A DNA stretch of 64,000 nt. Origin: Gemmatimonadales bacterium. Its GTDB lineage: Bacteria; Gemmatimonadota; Gemmatimonadetes; Gemmatimonadales; GWC2-71-9. The position numbers and the translations under genes are program-made. The notes under the pieces were generated by a model, which was not told the origin of the DNA, did not search any database, and saw nothing but the letters and a program-made list of their open reading frames with translations. The stretch covers positions 2,304,001 to 2,368,000 of the forward strand of contig OZ252244.1 in assembly GCA_965249575.1 (NCBI GenBank). Reading direction: 5' to 3'. How positions within the stretch are numbered: the first letter of the stretch is position 1; each line of letters opens with the position of its first letter. Below, piece after piece: positions 50,369-60,913 of this stretch.

Positions 50369-51834
50369 TGGCGCGACGCGCGGGCAGCCGCGGGGACGCC
50401 CCGACCGGCACACCACCCTCGAGTCGGGGCGACGGGCGGGAGGGTGCCGACTACCGAATGTGGGGCGGCCGCTTCGGGGCCGGCCCGGAGGAGGCGTTCG
50501 ACCGGCTCAACCGGAGCCTCCCAGTCGACTACCGCCTGTGGCCGCAGGACGTGCGTGCAAGCCGGGCCTGGGTCCACTCGCTTGCCGCCGCGGGGGTGTT
50601 GGATCGCGGCGAGCGGGAGAAGCTCGTGCGGGGCCTCGACGCGGTGGTGGACCTGCTGGCGAAAGGCGCGGCGTCTGACGCGCCGGACGAAGACGTGCAC
50701 ACCCTGGTTGAGCGTCTCCTGTTCGAGCAGATAGGTGGGTTGGCGGGCAAGCTCCACACTGGCCGCTCTCGAAACGATCAGGTGGCTACCGATCTGCGCT
50801 TGTGGACGATCGATGCCCTCGAGGCGGTCGATCGCGAGGTCGTTGCGCTCGGGCGTGCCGTTCTCAACCAGGCGAAAGCCGGTGTCGATCTGGTCGTGCC
50901 CGGCTACACCCACGGTCAGCGCGCGCAGCCCATTCGTTGGGGCTTTCTCATGATCGCCCACGCCTGGCCGCTCGTGCGGGACCGTCAACGCCTCGCACAG
51001 ATTGGCGAGCGGGTGTCTCACCTCCCGCTCGGCAGCGGCGCGCTCGCCGGATCAGGGGTCCCGGTGGATCGTGCGCAGTTGCAGCTGGAGCTGGGGTTCC
51101 ACCGCCTGTCGCCCAACGCGCTGGACGCGACTGGCGACCGGGACTTCGCCGCCGAAGCGCTGTTCGCACTCGCGCTGATCGGGACGCACGTCTCTCGCTT
51201 AGCGGCGGACTTGCTCACCGCCAACTCCTCCGAGCACGGCTTTGTGACCCTGGCCGATGGCTATTCGAGTGGATCGAGCCTCATGCCGCAGAAGCGAAAT
51301 CCCGACGCCTTCGAGATTGCGCGAGGCAAGGCGGCAAGAGTGCTGGGCGATCTCGCCGCCTTCCTGGCGATGCTCAAGGGCCTGCCCGCGGGTTACAGCA
51401 AGGACCTGCAGGAGGATAAGGCGCTGCTCTTCGACGGCGTGGACGCGGTACTGCTCACGCTACCCGCGGTTCGAGGTGCGGTGGCGACCATGGAGCCGAA
51501 TGGGGATCGGATGCGGGCGGCCCTCGACCCGAGCATGTTGGCGACTGACATCGCGGACGGGCTCGTGGCGCGTGGCATTCCGTTCAGGGAAGCCCACAGC
51601 TTGGTCGGCCGGCTTGTCCGCTCGTCCGAAGAGCTCGGCGTTGCCGTCACGGAGGTCCCGGAAGCGGCCTCCCGGGACATTCACGAGGACATCCCCGGGG
51701 TCGTTGCCGCGCTCGGGACGTGGGAGGATTCAGTAGAGCGCCGGAGCACCGTCGGTGGATCGTCGCGCGCGTCCGTCCTCGACCAAATCCAAGCGGTTGA
51801 GGCGGAACTCCAGGCCGAGTGGAGCTTGGGGTAG
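50365..51834 (+). CDS. argH: Argininosuccinate lyase
   Basis: MWGGRF, HTGRSRNDQ, PGYTH.Q.AQP, GSSLMPQKRNPD, YSKDLQEDK. Confidence 0.96.
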   Translation: MMARRAGSRGDAPTGTPPSSRGDGREGADYRMWGGRFGAGPEEAFDRLNRSLPVDYRLWPQDVRASRAWVHSLAAAGVLDRGEREKLVRGLDAVVDLLAKGAASDAPDEDVHTLVERLLFEQIGGLAGKLHTGRSRNDQVATDLRLWTIDALEAVDREVVALGRAVLNQAKAGVDLVVPGYTHGQRAQPIRWGFLMIAHAWPLVRDRQRLAQIGERVSHLPLGSGALAGSGVPVDRAQLQLELGFHRLSPNALDATGDRDFAAEALFALALIGTHVSRLAADLLTANSSEHGFVTLADGYSSGSSLMPQKRNPDAFEIARGKAARVLGDLAAFLAMLKGLPAGYSKDLQEDKALLFDGVDAVLLTLPAVRGAVATMEPNGDRMRAALDPSMLATDIADGLVARGIPFREAHSLVGRLVRSSEELGVAVTEVPEAASRDIHEDIPGVVAALGTWEDSVERRSTVGGSSRASVLDQIQAVEAELQAEWSLG

Positions 51835-51848
51835 CTCCCGCGCCGCTG

Positions 51849-52082
51849 CTAGACGCTCAGCTCGTCGATCAGCGCCTCGAAGTCCGGTTCTTCCCAGCGG
51901 AACCGGTGCGGGTCGACGGCGTCCCGGATCACGGATAACACCGCGGCGATTTGTTCGGCGTGCCGCGCCTCGAAGTCCTCCCCCCGGAATACCTCTTCCG
52001 CCCAGGCCGCCAAATCCTCCAACGTCAGGAATCCGTCGACGTGGCTCTGGATCTTGGCCCTCAGTTGCTCTCGGTCGATCAT
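51849..52082 (-). CDS. Small acidic hypothetical protein (77 aa)
   Basis: MIDREQLRAKIQSHVDGFLTLEDLAAWAEE...LIDELSV fills the gap between argH and the HNH gene and has protein-like helical composition. Confidence 0.65.
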   Translation of the reverse strand: MIDREQLRAKIQSHVDGFLTLEDLAAWAEEVFRGEDFEARHAEQIAAVLSVIRDAVDPHRFRWEEPDFEALIDELSV

Positions 52083-52217
52083 GGGGGCGGGCCGGCTTCG
52101 TTGAGCCAAGGCGCACTCTTGCAAGGGGTTAGGCGGCCGTGTATGATTCGGGCATAATCCCCTCTCGCGCCCGGCATCGCGAGTGCGAGGGGGTCTTTCT
52201 GCCAACTTGGAGGTGGG

Positions 52218-52769
52218 GTGGCCTGCCTGGCGCTCAATGCGTCGTTCGAGCCGCTGACGCTGGTCCCGGTCCGCCGCGCGCTCCGTCTCGTGATCGATGG
52301 CAAGGCCGAGATCGTGGAGGCGGACGGGAGCCGCCCGGTCCGGAGCGAGCGCCTGTCCGTCCCGCGGCCCATCGTCATCCGGCTCATGCGATTCATCCAC
52401 GTTCCTCGCCGCTTCCGGAGACAAGTCACCAACACGTTCCTGTTCGCCCGAGATGGGTATCGTTGCCAGTTCTGCGGGCGTCCAGCCCCCGAATTGCGGC
52501 ACCGTGAGTTTCTCACACGGGACCATCTCCTCCCGCTCTCGCGCGGGGGCACCAACGATTGGACGAACGTGGTCACTGCCTGTTCTTCTTGCAATACCCG
52601 CAAGGGCAACGCGCTGCCGGAGGAATGCGGGATGAGTCCACTGCGGCCGCCCCACCAGCCGCACTTCGTGTATCTGAGCTGGGCCGTCAGGCGCCTTACG
52701 CCTATCCAGGCGAAGTACATCCGCATGTTTTACGGCGAGAACACGCTGGCACAACTTCGCGGCCTCTAG
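52218..52769 (+). CDS. HNH endonuclease family protein
   Basis: [28 protein letters not shown]...W.NVV.AC..CN..KG; GGAGG ribosome-binding site. Confidence 0.92.
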   Translation: MACLALNASFEPLTLVPVRRALRLVIDGKAEIVEADGSRPVRSERLSVPRPIVIRLMRFIHVPRRFRRQVTNTFLFARDGYRCQFCGRPAPELRHREFLTRDHLLPLSRGGTNDWTNVVTACSSCNTRKGNALPEECGMSPLRPPHQPHFVYLSWAVRRLTPIQAKYIRMFYGENTLAQLRGL

Positions 52770-52785
52770 TCCCGCGCTACCCCAA

Positions 52786-53205
52786 GTGAAATCCCATACC
52801 CATTATCTCTGGTTCAACACGAAGAAACGCCAGGAGATACTGGACATCACGGACGATGTGGAGCAGCAAGTCTCCGAGAGTGGGGTGGACGAGGGGATGG
52901 TTTTGGTCTCGGCCATGCACATCACGGCATCTGTCTTCGTGAACGACCACGAGTCGGGTCTCTGGCATGATATTCTGAAGTGGCTCGACGAGACGATTGC
53001 GCCGTGGGATCCGGACCGCTACCGGCACAACGAGACCGGCGAGGACAACGCCGCCGCGCACCTCCGAAGCCTGACAGTAGGCCATGAGGCGATCGTTCCA
53101 GTAACGGGCGGGAAGCTCGATCTCGGACCGTGGCAGCGTGTGTTTTACGGGGAATGGGACGGCCGCCGCCGGAAGCGAGTCGTCATCAAGATTCTCGGGG
53201 ACTAG
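52786..53205 (+). CDS. yjbQ: YjbQ/UPF0047 family protein
   Basis: H.TAS, HN.TGEDN..AH, LGPWQ..FY.E.DG.R. Confidence 0.9.
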   Translation: MKSHTHYLWFNTKKRQEILDITDDVEQQVSESGVDEGMVLVSAMHITASVFVNDHESGLWHDILKWLDETIAPWDPDRYRHNETGEDNAAAHLRSLTVGHEAIVPVTGGKLDLGPWQRVFYGEWDGRRRKRVVIKILGD

Positions 53206-53339
53206 TCCGGCGAGCGGGTGCCCAGGTCCACTCGGCCTTGCTTCCCTCCCGCAGGACGTTCACTCCCCAACCCCCCGCTTGTCGAGGCTGTGTAAGTTCA
53301 TTATTTTCAACAGTTCCGGCGGTGAAAGAGGACGATTTG

Positions 53340-54908
53340 GTGAGGTACCACCTGGCGGAACGCTTCGCCGGAATGGTGAAGCAACACCCAGGCCGCGAAT
53401 GCGTCGTAACCGAAAACAGAAGGCTCACGTACGATGAGGTCGACCGTCAATCGGCCGCGCTCGCCAGTGCATGGGCGAGCTTGGGTGTGCAGCCTGGGGA
53501 CCGCATAGCGGTCGACCTGCCAAACTGGCCCGAATGGGTCGTATCCTTCCTCGCCGCGGCCCGCATGGGCGGCGGCGTCGTCCCGTTGAACCCCTCGCTC
53601 GGATATCACGAGCTCAGGTACCAGCTTCGGCACGCGGAGGCGCACCTCGCTGTGGCGGCCGACTCACTTGTGGGGCTCGAATATGTCGAGGTGTTCGAGG
53701 ATCTCGTCGAGCAGCTTCCCGACCTGCGCTACGTGGTGTGTGCCGGGCCCTCGGAGGACCTGTGGCACGACGAGCGCATGCTGCGTTTCAGCTACCTGAC
53801 GGTGGGTGGTGGAGAGACCGCCCCGGCCTCGGCCCCGTCGGATGTGAGTGCCCCGCTAGCATTGATCTACACGTCGGGAACGATGGGGAAGCCGAAGGGC
53901 GTGCTCCTCACGCACGGCAACCTTGTCCAGACGGCAGTCAGCACCGCGGAGGTACTTGGCCTGCGAGGGGAAGACCGGGTCCTGGCCGCGGTGCCTTTTT
54001 TCACGGTATTCGGAGTACACGTTGCCCTCACGACGCTCACCGTGGGCGGGACCCTGGTGCTTCAGGACCGGTTCGAGCCGCACGGTGCGCTCGACTTGCT
54101 CGAGCGCGAGCAAGTCAGTGTGTGCCACGGCGTCCCCACGATGTTCCAGCTTCTGATGCGCGAGCCCTCCTTCGGAAGCCGGACCCTCTCCGCCGTCCGG
54201 ACGGGCATAGTCGCCGGGAGCCCGGTTTCCAGCGATCTCGTGCAGCGGATCCGGCGGTGGAACGACGCCCAGATTGCCTATGGCCTGACCGAAACCGGTC
54301 CTACGATCACCATCACGCGGGCGGACGACACTGGACACGCCAGGGAACAAACGGTAGGTCGGCCTCTTCCGGGCATCGAGGTGAAGGTCGTGGATGTGAA
54401 GACGGGAGCCCTGCACGGCCCGGAAGCTGTGGGCGAGTTGGTGGTGAAGGGACCCAACGTGATGGCTGGCTATCATCGAATGCCGGTCGAGACGCAGCGA
54501 TCGTTCACACCGGAGGGGTATTTCCTGACCGGCGACCTGGCCATCGTGGACGATGAGGGCTACGTATCGATCGTTGGGCGCCGTTCGGCAGTGATCATCC
54601 GCGGCGGCTACAACATTTTTCCGCGCGAGTTGGAGGATGTCCTCCGCTTGCATCCCGCGGTTGACGACGCCTGCGTCGTTGGCGTACCCCACGAGATTCT
54701 CGGAGAGGTCGCCTGCGCGTGCATTGTCCCGCTGGAAGGTGCCATCGTGACCGGAGACGAGCTCAAGGAGTTCGCCCGAGAGCACGTGGCTGACTACAAG
54801 GTCCCAGATCTCGTCCGCTTCTTCGACACCTTCCCGCTCACCGGGAGCGGGAAGGTGAAGCGAAGGGAGCTGGCGCAGGTGGTGGGACTAGAATTGAGTG
54901 CACCGTGA
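53340..54908 (+). CDS. Class I adenylate-forming enzyme (acyl-CoA synthetase)
   Basis: [35 protein letters not shown]. Alternative start at 53322. Confidence 0.92.
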   Translation: MRYHLAERFAGMVKQHPGRECVVTENRRLTYDEVDRQSAALASAWASLGVQPGDRIAVDLPNWPEWVVSFLAAARMGGGVVPLNPSLGYHELRYQLRHAEAHLAVAADSLVGLEYVEVFEDLVEQLPDLRYVVCAGPSEDLWHDERMLRFSYLTVGGGETAPASAPSDVSAPLALIYTSGTMGKPKGVLLTHGNLVQTAVSTAEVLGLRGEDRVLAAVPFFTVFGVHVALTTLTVGGTLVLQDRFEPHGALDLLEREQVSVCHGVPTMFQLLMREPSFGSRTLSAVRTGIVAGSPVSSDLVQRIRRWNDAQIAYGLTETGPTITITRADDTGHAREQTVGRPLPGIEVKVVDVKTGALHGPEAVGELVVKGPNVMAGYHRMPVETQRSFTPEGYFLTGDLAIVDDEGYVSIVGRRSAVIIRGGYNIFPRELEDVLRLHPAVDDACVVGVPHEILGEVACACIVPLEGAIVTGDELKEFAREHVADYKVPDLVRFFDTFPLTGSGKVKRRELAQVVGLELSAP

Positions 54909-56731
54909 AGGAATTCAACGCACCGCCGCCGACACGAGCCGCGTCTAGCGAGCCGCTGGCCCACACGCCGAACGCGGCTCTCCTCATCGACTTCGACAAC
55001 GTCACCATGGGCATCCGGTCGGACCTGCAGAATCAGCTGCGCAAGCTGCTGCAATCCGACGTGTTCAAGGGAAAGGTCTCGGTGCAGCGCGCGTACGCGG
55101 ACTGGCGGCGATATCCCCAATACATCGTCCCACTATCCGAGGCGTCGATTGACCTCATTTTCGCGCCCGCCTTCGGATCGAACAAGAAGAACGCAACCGA
55201 CATTCGCCTCGCAATCGACGCGCTGGAGCTGGTGTTCACGCGTCCGGAGATCGGCATCTTCATCCTCTTGTCGGGTGACAGTGATTTTTCGAGCCTCGTG
55301 CTCAAGCTCAAGGAGTACGCGAAGTACGTGATCGGCGTCGGGATTCGCGAGTCATCGAGTGACTTGCTCATCCAGAACTGCGACGAGTACTACAGCTACA
55401 ACGAGCTGACCGGACTGGCCCGGGAGGGCGAGGGCGAGCACCAGCGTCGAGATCCCTGGGACCTCGTCATCGCGGCCCTCACTCGTATGAAAGAGCGTTC
55501 GGACGTGATGCGCTCCGATCGGATGAAGCAAGTCATGCAGGAGATCGACCCGACCTTCGACGAAAAGGACGCAGGGTTCAACCGATTCAGCAAATTCATG
55601 CTCGAGGCGGGCAAGCGCGGGTTGGTACGGCTCAGGCGCATGGAGAACGGGCAGTACGAGGTCGACCTCGGTGCCAACGCGAACGTTTCTCCCGAGGTCG
55701 AGGCGGGGATCGAAGCCGAGGCCGAGGCGGCGGTGGCCCCGGCCGCGAAACCGCGCCGGAAACGCGCGGGACGTGATCGCGTGGAGCGCGCGGCAGCGGG
55801 TCGCGGTATCACGCTGGCCGATGCCTTCGCCCTGCTGAAGAAGGCCCTCGGGGAGCTAGGCGCGGTCGGCGAGGAATCGGCTGATGCGGGCCAAGTGCGT
55901 GAGCGGATGCTGGAGCTTAGAGACGGCGACGCGGACCCCGTCCTGGACGGGGCGCGTTTTCAGCGGTTTCTCCGCCAAGCCCACGACGCCGATGTTATCG
56001 ATCTCGTGAAACAGGACGACGAGGTGTACCTCCTGCGACTGCGGCCGGAGCCCGAGGCCGGGGATGCACCAACGGCTCAAGGCACCCCGGAGGCGCCATC
56101 GATTGAGGCTCCCCCAGTGCAAGGTGCGGCCGAGCCGCGCCGCCGGAGCCCGACGGGGCGCAGAAAGAAGGCGGCCAGCGGGACGGGCGAACGTAGAAAG
56201 CGGGCCCCTCGCAAGCTGGCAGCGAGGAAGGACGAGGGCAACCAGGCCGCGAAGGCGCCCGAGCCCGAGGGCCAGGCGGAGTCTAACGAACGCCGGAGCG
56301 GCGTTGGCTTCCGGTCGGGGTCTCGCAAGCCGATCCGTCGAGCGAGAACCGAGGGATCGGCGGAGCCGACCGCCACAGACTCGGGGACGGCGGCAAAACC
56401 TACCCCGGTGCCCCCGAGGGAATCAGACGGAAAGCGGTCCGTCCGGTCCCGCGCGGGGAGCAGAGGACGCACGCCGCGGCCCGCCGCCACCAAGGAGGAC
56501 CCACCAACTAGCTCTGGCCCGTCGGTGCCAGACAACCGCGCGCTCGGGGGTGACACTAGGAGCACCTCAGCGGACACCGGCGCCCGCGCCCAGGCCGCGG
56601 CGAAGCCCCCGCCCACCACGGAGGTGGCGGAAACCGAGGAGGGCGGCTCGAGTCTGCTGAAGCGAATGACCGCGGCATTGCAGAAAGTCGTCATGGGCGA
56701 AGACCCGCCAGCGCCGCGGGAAGGCGGGTAG
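54905..56731 (+). CDS. NYN (LabA/DUF88, PIN-fold) domain protein with OST-HTH/LOTUS-like domains and a low-complexity tail
   Basis: IDFDN, RAYADW, KNATDI, SGDSDF; DP.FDE...GF..FSK. The last ~230 aa are Arg/Pro/Ala/Glu-rich. Confidence 0.87.
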   Translation: MKEFNAPPPTRAASSEPLAHTPNAALLIDFDNVTMGIRSDLQNQLRKLLQSDVFKGKVSVQRAYADWRRYPQYIVPLSEASIDLIFAPAFGSNKKNATDIRLAIDALELVFTRPEIGIFILLSGDSDFSSLVLKLKEYAKYVIGVGIRESSSDLLIQNCDEYYSYNELTGLAREGEGEHQRRDPWDLVIAALTRMKERSDVMRSDRMKQVMQEIDPTFDEKDAGFNRFSKFMLEAGKRGLVRLRRMENGQYEVDLGANANVSPEVEAGIEAEAEAAVAPAAKPRRKRAGRDRVERAAAGRGITLADAFALLKKALGELGAVGEESADAGQVRERMLELRDGDADPVLDGARFQRFLRQAHDADVIDLVKQDDEVYLLRLRPEPEAGDAPTAQGTPEAPSIEAPPVQGAAEPRRRSPTGRRKKAASGTGERRKRAPRKLAARKDEGNQAAKAPEPEGQAESNERRSGVGFRSGSRKPIRRARTEGSAEPTATDSGTAAKPTPVPPRESDGKRSVRSRAGSRGRTPRPAATKEDPPTSSGPSVPDNRALGGDTRSTSADTGARAQAAAKPPPTTEVAETEEGGSSLLKRMTAALQKVVMGEDPPAPREGG

Positions 56732-56735
56732 GCCG

Positions 56736-57332
56736 CTGGCGGTACCCCGGCGGCCGCTATCGGCGGCCTTTTACGCGCGCGACACGCGGCAAGTCGCGCG
56801 CGATCTGCTGGGGTGCATACTCGAAACGCGCGTTCGGAACGTTCGAACGGCCGGGCGCATTGTCGAGGTCGAGGCGTACGTGGGGCCCCACGACGCCGCC
56901 GCCCACGGTTATCGGGGACGCCGAACCCAGCGCAATGCCCCCCTCTTTGGCCCACCCGGTACGTGCTACGTGTATTTCATCTACGGAATGCATTGGTGCT
57001 TCAATGCCGTCACCGAAGCGAAGGGGTACCCGGCGGCGGTCCTGGTCCGGGCGCTCGAGCCCTGCCTGGGTCTCGACGCCATGGCGCGCAGGCGTCGGGT
57101 GTCCGACCCACGCCTACTGTGTTCCGGGCCCGGCCGCCTTTGTCAGTCGCTGGGGATCACGGGTTCGTTCAATCGGCGCCCGCTCGTGAGTGGCAGAGCC
57201 TGTATTCTCGCGGGTGAGCGGCTAACGGCCCGCAGTATCGGATCGGGGCCGCGCGTCGGGATCTCGCGAGCTCGGAACTGGCCGCTACGGTTTTTTGAGA
57301 GGGGTTCGCCATGGCTGTCGCGCCGCGCCTGA
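56736..57332 (+). CDS. DNA-3-methyladenine glycosylase (MPG/AAG family)
   Basis: FYAR....VARDLLG, GRIVEVEAY, YVY.IYGMHWC.N, AVLVRA, GPG.L, PRVGI, WPLRF. The N-terminal motifs lie upstream of the first GTG, so a CTG start at 56736 is inferred. Confidence 0.9.
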   Translation: MAVPRRPLSAAFYARDTRQVARDLLGCILETRVRNVRTAGRIVEVEAYVGPHDAAAHGYRGRRTQRNAPLFGPPGTCYVYFIYGMHWCFNAVTEAKGYPAAVLVRALEPCLGLDAMARRRRVSDPRLLCSGPGRLCQSLGITGSFNRRPLVSGRACILAGERLTARSIGSGPRVGISRARNWPLRFFERGSPWLSRRA

Positions 57333-57359
57333 ACGGCGCGACAGCCATTGGCGTCGGAA

Positions 57360-58016
57360 TCAGCGCTCGGTGCTGACTTCCTCGTGGGCGTTGGTCAGGG
57401 AAAACCGCGCCCCGGCGGTGAGCGCGTGTGTCTCGCTGTTAATGAGAAAATCGCTACTCGACGGCATGAACTGATACTGTCCGAACACGGCCCACCTGTT
57501 GCGGAACCGGTATTACACCCCGGCGGACAACACGGCAAAGGCCTTGGTGTCGAACTGCGAGATGGCGGATTCAACTGAAAGCTGCTCTTGGGGTGACGCG
57601 AAAGGCCCCTGCGCGACGGCGTCTGTGATTTGATGAATCGCGAAGCCGCCCCCGGCCAAGATCTGAAGCTTCGTGTCGGTGGGTATCGCGTAGAGCATCG
57701 CCTGGATCCGCCGGCCGTTGCCGAAATCCACCAGTCGCGTCCCACCGCCGTCGAAAATGGCTGACTGCGCTCCGCTCTCGAAGATCACTTGGTTGAAAGA
57801 CATGTAGAGCGCGGAGCGCTTTCCGGTAATGAGCCAGTGCCCCCCGACATCAATAGCGACTTGGTTCGAGGTCTGAGCCGGTGTCTTGTATAGGAAGGCG
57901 CTTGCCTGACCACCCCACCACCATCTCCCTTGCCAGGCTTCGGCCTGGGCGGCGAGCGGGGCCGCCCCCGCCGACACGAACAAGACGGCTCCCAGTAATC
58001 CAGACAGTCCTCGCAT
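57360..58016 (-). pseudogene. Exported beta-strand-rich (outer-membrane barrel-like) protein with an in-frame TAA at 57513-57515
   Basis: Signal peptide (PLAAQA). After the TAA the same frame continues YRFRNRWAVFGQYQF...AGARFSL to a TGA at 57360. Confidence 0.65.
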
Positions 58017-58638
58017 GAGCCTTTTCTCCCAAGCTGTTTCCCCGATCAGCCTAGCGGATCGAGGAGCGACGCGCAGACGCCGCGTTGATTTGAAAGGTTA
58101 CGACAACCCGGTCCTACCGACCTCCCATCGGAGAAGCCCAGCCCACAACCCCGCCGCCAGATCCACCCCCAGCTTGGGGCACCCAAGATAGAGCCTCCCG
58201 GTCAAAAACGCGAGCCCTTTTTCCGATTCCCATGCCAGCTAGTCTGTTGTCCGTGAGAGGGTTAACCCAGGGGATCGCGAAACTACTTGAGGCGAGAGCC
58301 TGGAGAGGCTGGCTACCTTCCATCACAGAGGTTTGGCTCCGCACTTCTTTGGCGGCCATCTTCGGTCATCAGCCACAGGTGTGAGTGAATGCTCACTTGG
58401 TGCAACTGTCTCTCCTCTCATGGGTTTCCGTGCCTCCTATGCCGCCCTCAATGTGGCTCGTTCTTGCGTTCCGGGACTCTAACCGAACCTGATGGGTCAC
58501 CAAGATCTGATTATCGACCGAATGCGCAGCGCCCTGTAAGACGAAGGGTGGACGACTTGAGGAATGGCACAGGCGGTCGCTTCGAACTGTGACCTGGGGC
58601 ACTATTCCCGGTCGGCCGGGGCGCTAAAGGTCGGTCGC

Positions 58639-59838
58639 TCAGACGAGCCCGAGCTTCGTGCCGACTCTCTCGAACGCTTCAAGCGCCTGGTCGAGGTCGT
58701 CTCGTGTGTGGGCGGCCGACAACTGGCAGCGGACTCGTGCCTCTCCCTTCGGCACGACGGGGTAGCCGAACCCAGTGACGAACACTCCCTCGTCCAGTAA
58801 GAGGTTGCTCATCTGAATGGCCTTTGCGGTTTCCCCGAGAATCACGGGAACGATGGGTGTTGCCCCCTCGAGTGGCCTGAAGCCTCTGGCCTTGAGCTGA
58901 TCTCGGAAATAGCTCGTATTGTCCCGGAGGCGCTGGATTAGCTGTGGGTGCTGCTGCAGGTAGTGGATTGCCGCGAGCGCGCTCCCGGCCACGGTGCACG
59001 GCAGGGCGTTGGAGAAGAGCTGCGGGCGGGATCGTTGGGTAAGGTACTCGCAAAACGCGCCGGAACTCGCCACGAAGCCTCCCGCCGCCCCGCCGAGCGC
59101 CTTCCCCAACGTGGACGTGATGATGTCGACCTCGCCGAGCACGCCCGCATGTTCCGGCGTCCCGCGGCCGGTGTCTCCAAGCACGCCGGTCGAATGAGAA
59201 TCGTCGACGGCCACGAGGGCGTCGTGCTTCTTGGCGAGCTCGAGGATATCTGCCAGCTTGGCGACGTCTCCTTCCATCGAGAACACGCCATCCGTGAAGA
59301 TGAGGCGGGTCCGGGCATCGCGAGCCGCGATGAGTTTCTCCTTGAGGTCGGTCATGTCCGAGTGTCGGTACACCGCCGTGCGGCACTTCGAGATCCCTTT
59401 CGCGAGCCGGATGGCATCGATGATGGAAGCGTGGTTGAGCTGGTCGGACACGACGGCATCATCCGGCCCGAGCAGCGTCGGACAGACCGCCTCGTTCGCG
59501 GTCCAACACGAAACGAACGAGAGCGACGCCTCGGTGCCGACGAACCGCGCGAGCTCGTCCTCGAGCTCTCGGTGAATGGTGAAGGTCCCGCAGATGAACC
59601 GAACGCTAGCAGTACCGGCGCCGAACCGATCGAGGGCGGCTTTGCCGGCCGCCACCACCTCCGGCACAGTGCAGAGACCGAGGTAATTGTTGCTCGACAG
59701 AATGATGACCTCTCCGCGGCCCTCCATTTGGACGCGGGGCGCCTGGGGCGAATCCAGGTAGTTGAGCTGCTTGTAGACCCTGTCACTCCGGAACTGGTCC
59801 AAGTCGCTTCGTATGCGCTGTTCCACCGCGGCCAACAT
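58639..59838 (-). CDS. kbl: Glycine C-acetyltransferase (2-amino-3-ketobutyrate CoA ligase)
   Basis: SNNYLGL, SVRFICGT, LNHASIID, DGVFSMEG, DDSH, TLGKALGG; next to tdh. Confidence 0.93.
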   Translation of the reverse strand: MLAAVEQRIRSDLDQFRSDRVYKQLNYLDSPQAPRVQMEGRGEVIILSSNNYLGLCTVPEVVAAGKAALDRFGAGTASVRFICGTFTIHRELEDELARFVGTEASLSFVSCWTANEAVCPTLLGPDDAVVSDQLNHASIIDAIRLAKGISKCRTAVYRHSDMTDLKEKLIAARDARTRLIFTDGVFSMEGDVAKLADILELAKKHDALVAVDDSHSTGVLGDTGRGTPEHAGVLGEVDIITSTLGKALGGAAGGFVASSGAFCEYLTQRSRPQLFSNALPCTVAGSALAAIHYLQQHPQLIQRLRDNTSYFRDQLKARGFRPLEGATPIVPVILGETAKAIQMSNLLLDEGVFVTGFGYPVVPKGEARVRCQLSAAHTRDDLDQALEAFERVGTKLGLV

Positions 59839-59841
59839 GAA

Positions 59842-60880
59842 CTACCCTCCGATCTCCAGAATCACTTTCCCGGCCTGTCCGGAACGGATGGCCTGAAGTG
59901 CGTCGTCGATGCCGTCTAAGGGATAGCAGTGCGTAATCACGGGGGTTGGGTCGAAGAGCCCGGAGGCGAGGAACTTCCGCATCTGGTGCCACGTTTCGAA
60001 GATCCTGCGGCCGACCACCCCGTAGACGGTAATGCCTTTGAAGATGACGTCGTTCGACAGGTCGATACTGATTTCCTCCTTCGGGAGTCCGAGGAGGTGA
60101 ACGCGGCCACCCAATCGGACGGAGGCGAGGGCTTGCTTCAAAGCGGTGGGGTGCCCCGACATCTCGCACACCAGGTCGACCCCTTCTCCCATGGTGGCCT
60201 CTTGCACCGCGGCCACGACATCCACCTCGGTCGGGTTCAGCGTCGTGTGCGCCCCCATCCGGGCCGCAAGTTCGAGTCGGAACGGATTGATATCGGCGGC
60301 GATGACGGTGGCTGCCCCCGCGACCCGCGCGATGCCGGTCGCGAAGCACCCCAATGGGCCCACAGCCAAGAACGAGCACGGTGCTGCCGGGTAGATCGGG
60401 GGAGAGTACCGCGTGAAACGCGTTCCCCAGGGGATCCATCACGGCGCCGACCGTCGTCGGTGTGGCGCCGAGGGCCATGACGTTGATGGCGGGCATGGCT
60501 ACGAACTCGGCAAAGGCGCCGTCGCGGTCCACGCCGATGATCCGAGTTTGCTGGCAGATATGGCCGTTCCCGGTCCTGCATTGGCGACAGTGACCGCAAA
60601 CGATGTGGCCCTCCGCCGTGACCAGCTGGCCCGGCGTAAACTGGTCCGGCGGCACCTGGGGTCCGATCTCCGCGATCTCTCCGGCGAACTCGTGTCCGAT
60701 TATGAGGGGAGGCTCCATGCGTCCCCGGGCCCAGTCGTCCCAGTCCGCGATGTGTAGGTCAGTGCCACACACGCCGGCGTGATGGACCTTGATGAGAACG
60801 TCGTGCGGCGCACAGCGGGGAACCGGGACCTCGGCGATCTTGAGGCCTGGGCCGGGGCGATCTTTGCAAATGGCGCGCAT
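59842..60880 (-). pseudogene. tdh: L-threonine 3-dehydrogenase, one-base frameshift at 60349-60352
   Basis: CGTD.H, GHEF.G, EGHI.CG.C..C..G..H.C and GCGPIG lie in one frame; EMSG, GRRIFETW, VITH and GKVIL lie in another. There is an extra G in a G4 run. Confidence 0.88.
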
Positions 60881-60913
60881 CGGCCTGGTTACGCTGATGC
60901 CAGCGGGACGGGG

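Noticed and set aside
52218..52769. HNH gene as a mobile element or CRISPR-associated nuclease
   Set aside because: I see no flanking repeats, array, RuvC motifs or intron context; it is a short stand-alone HNH.
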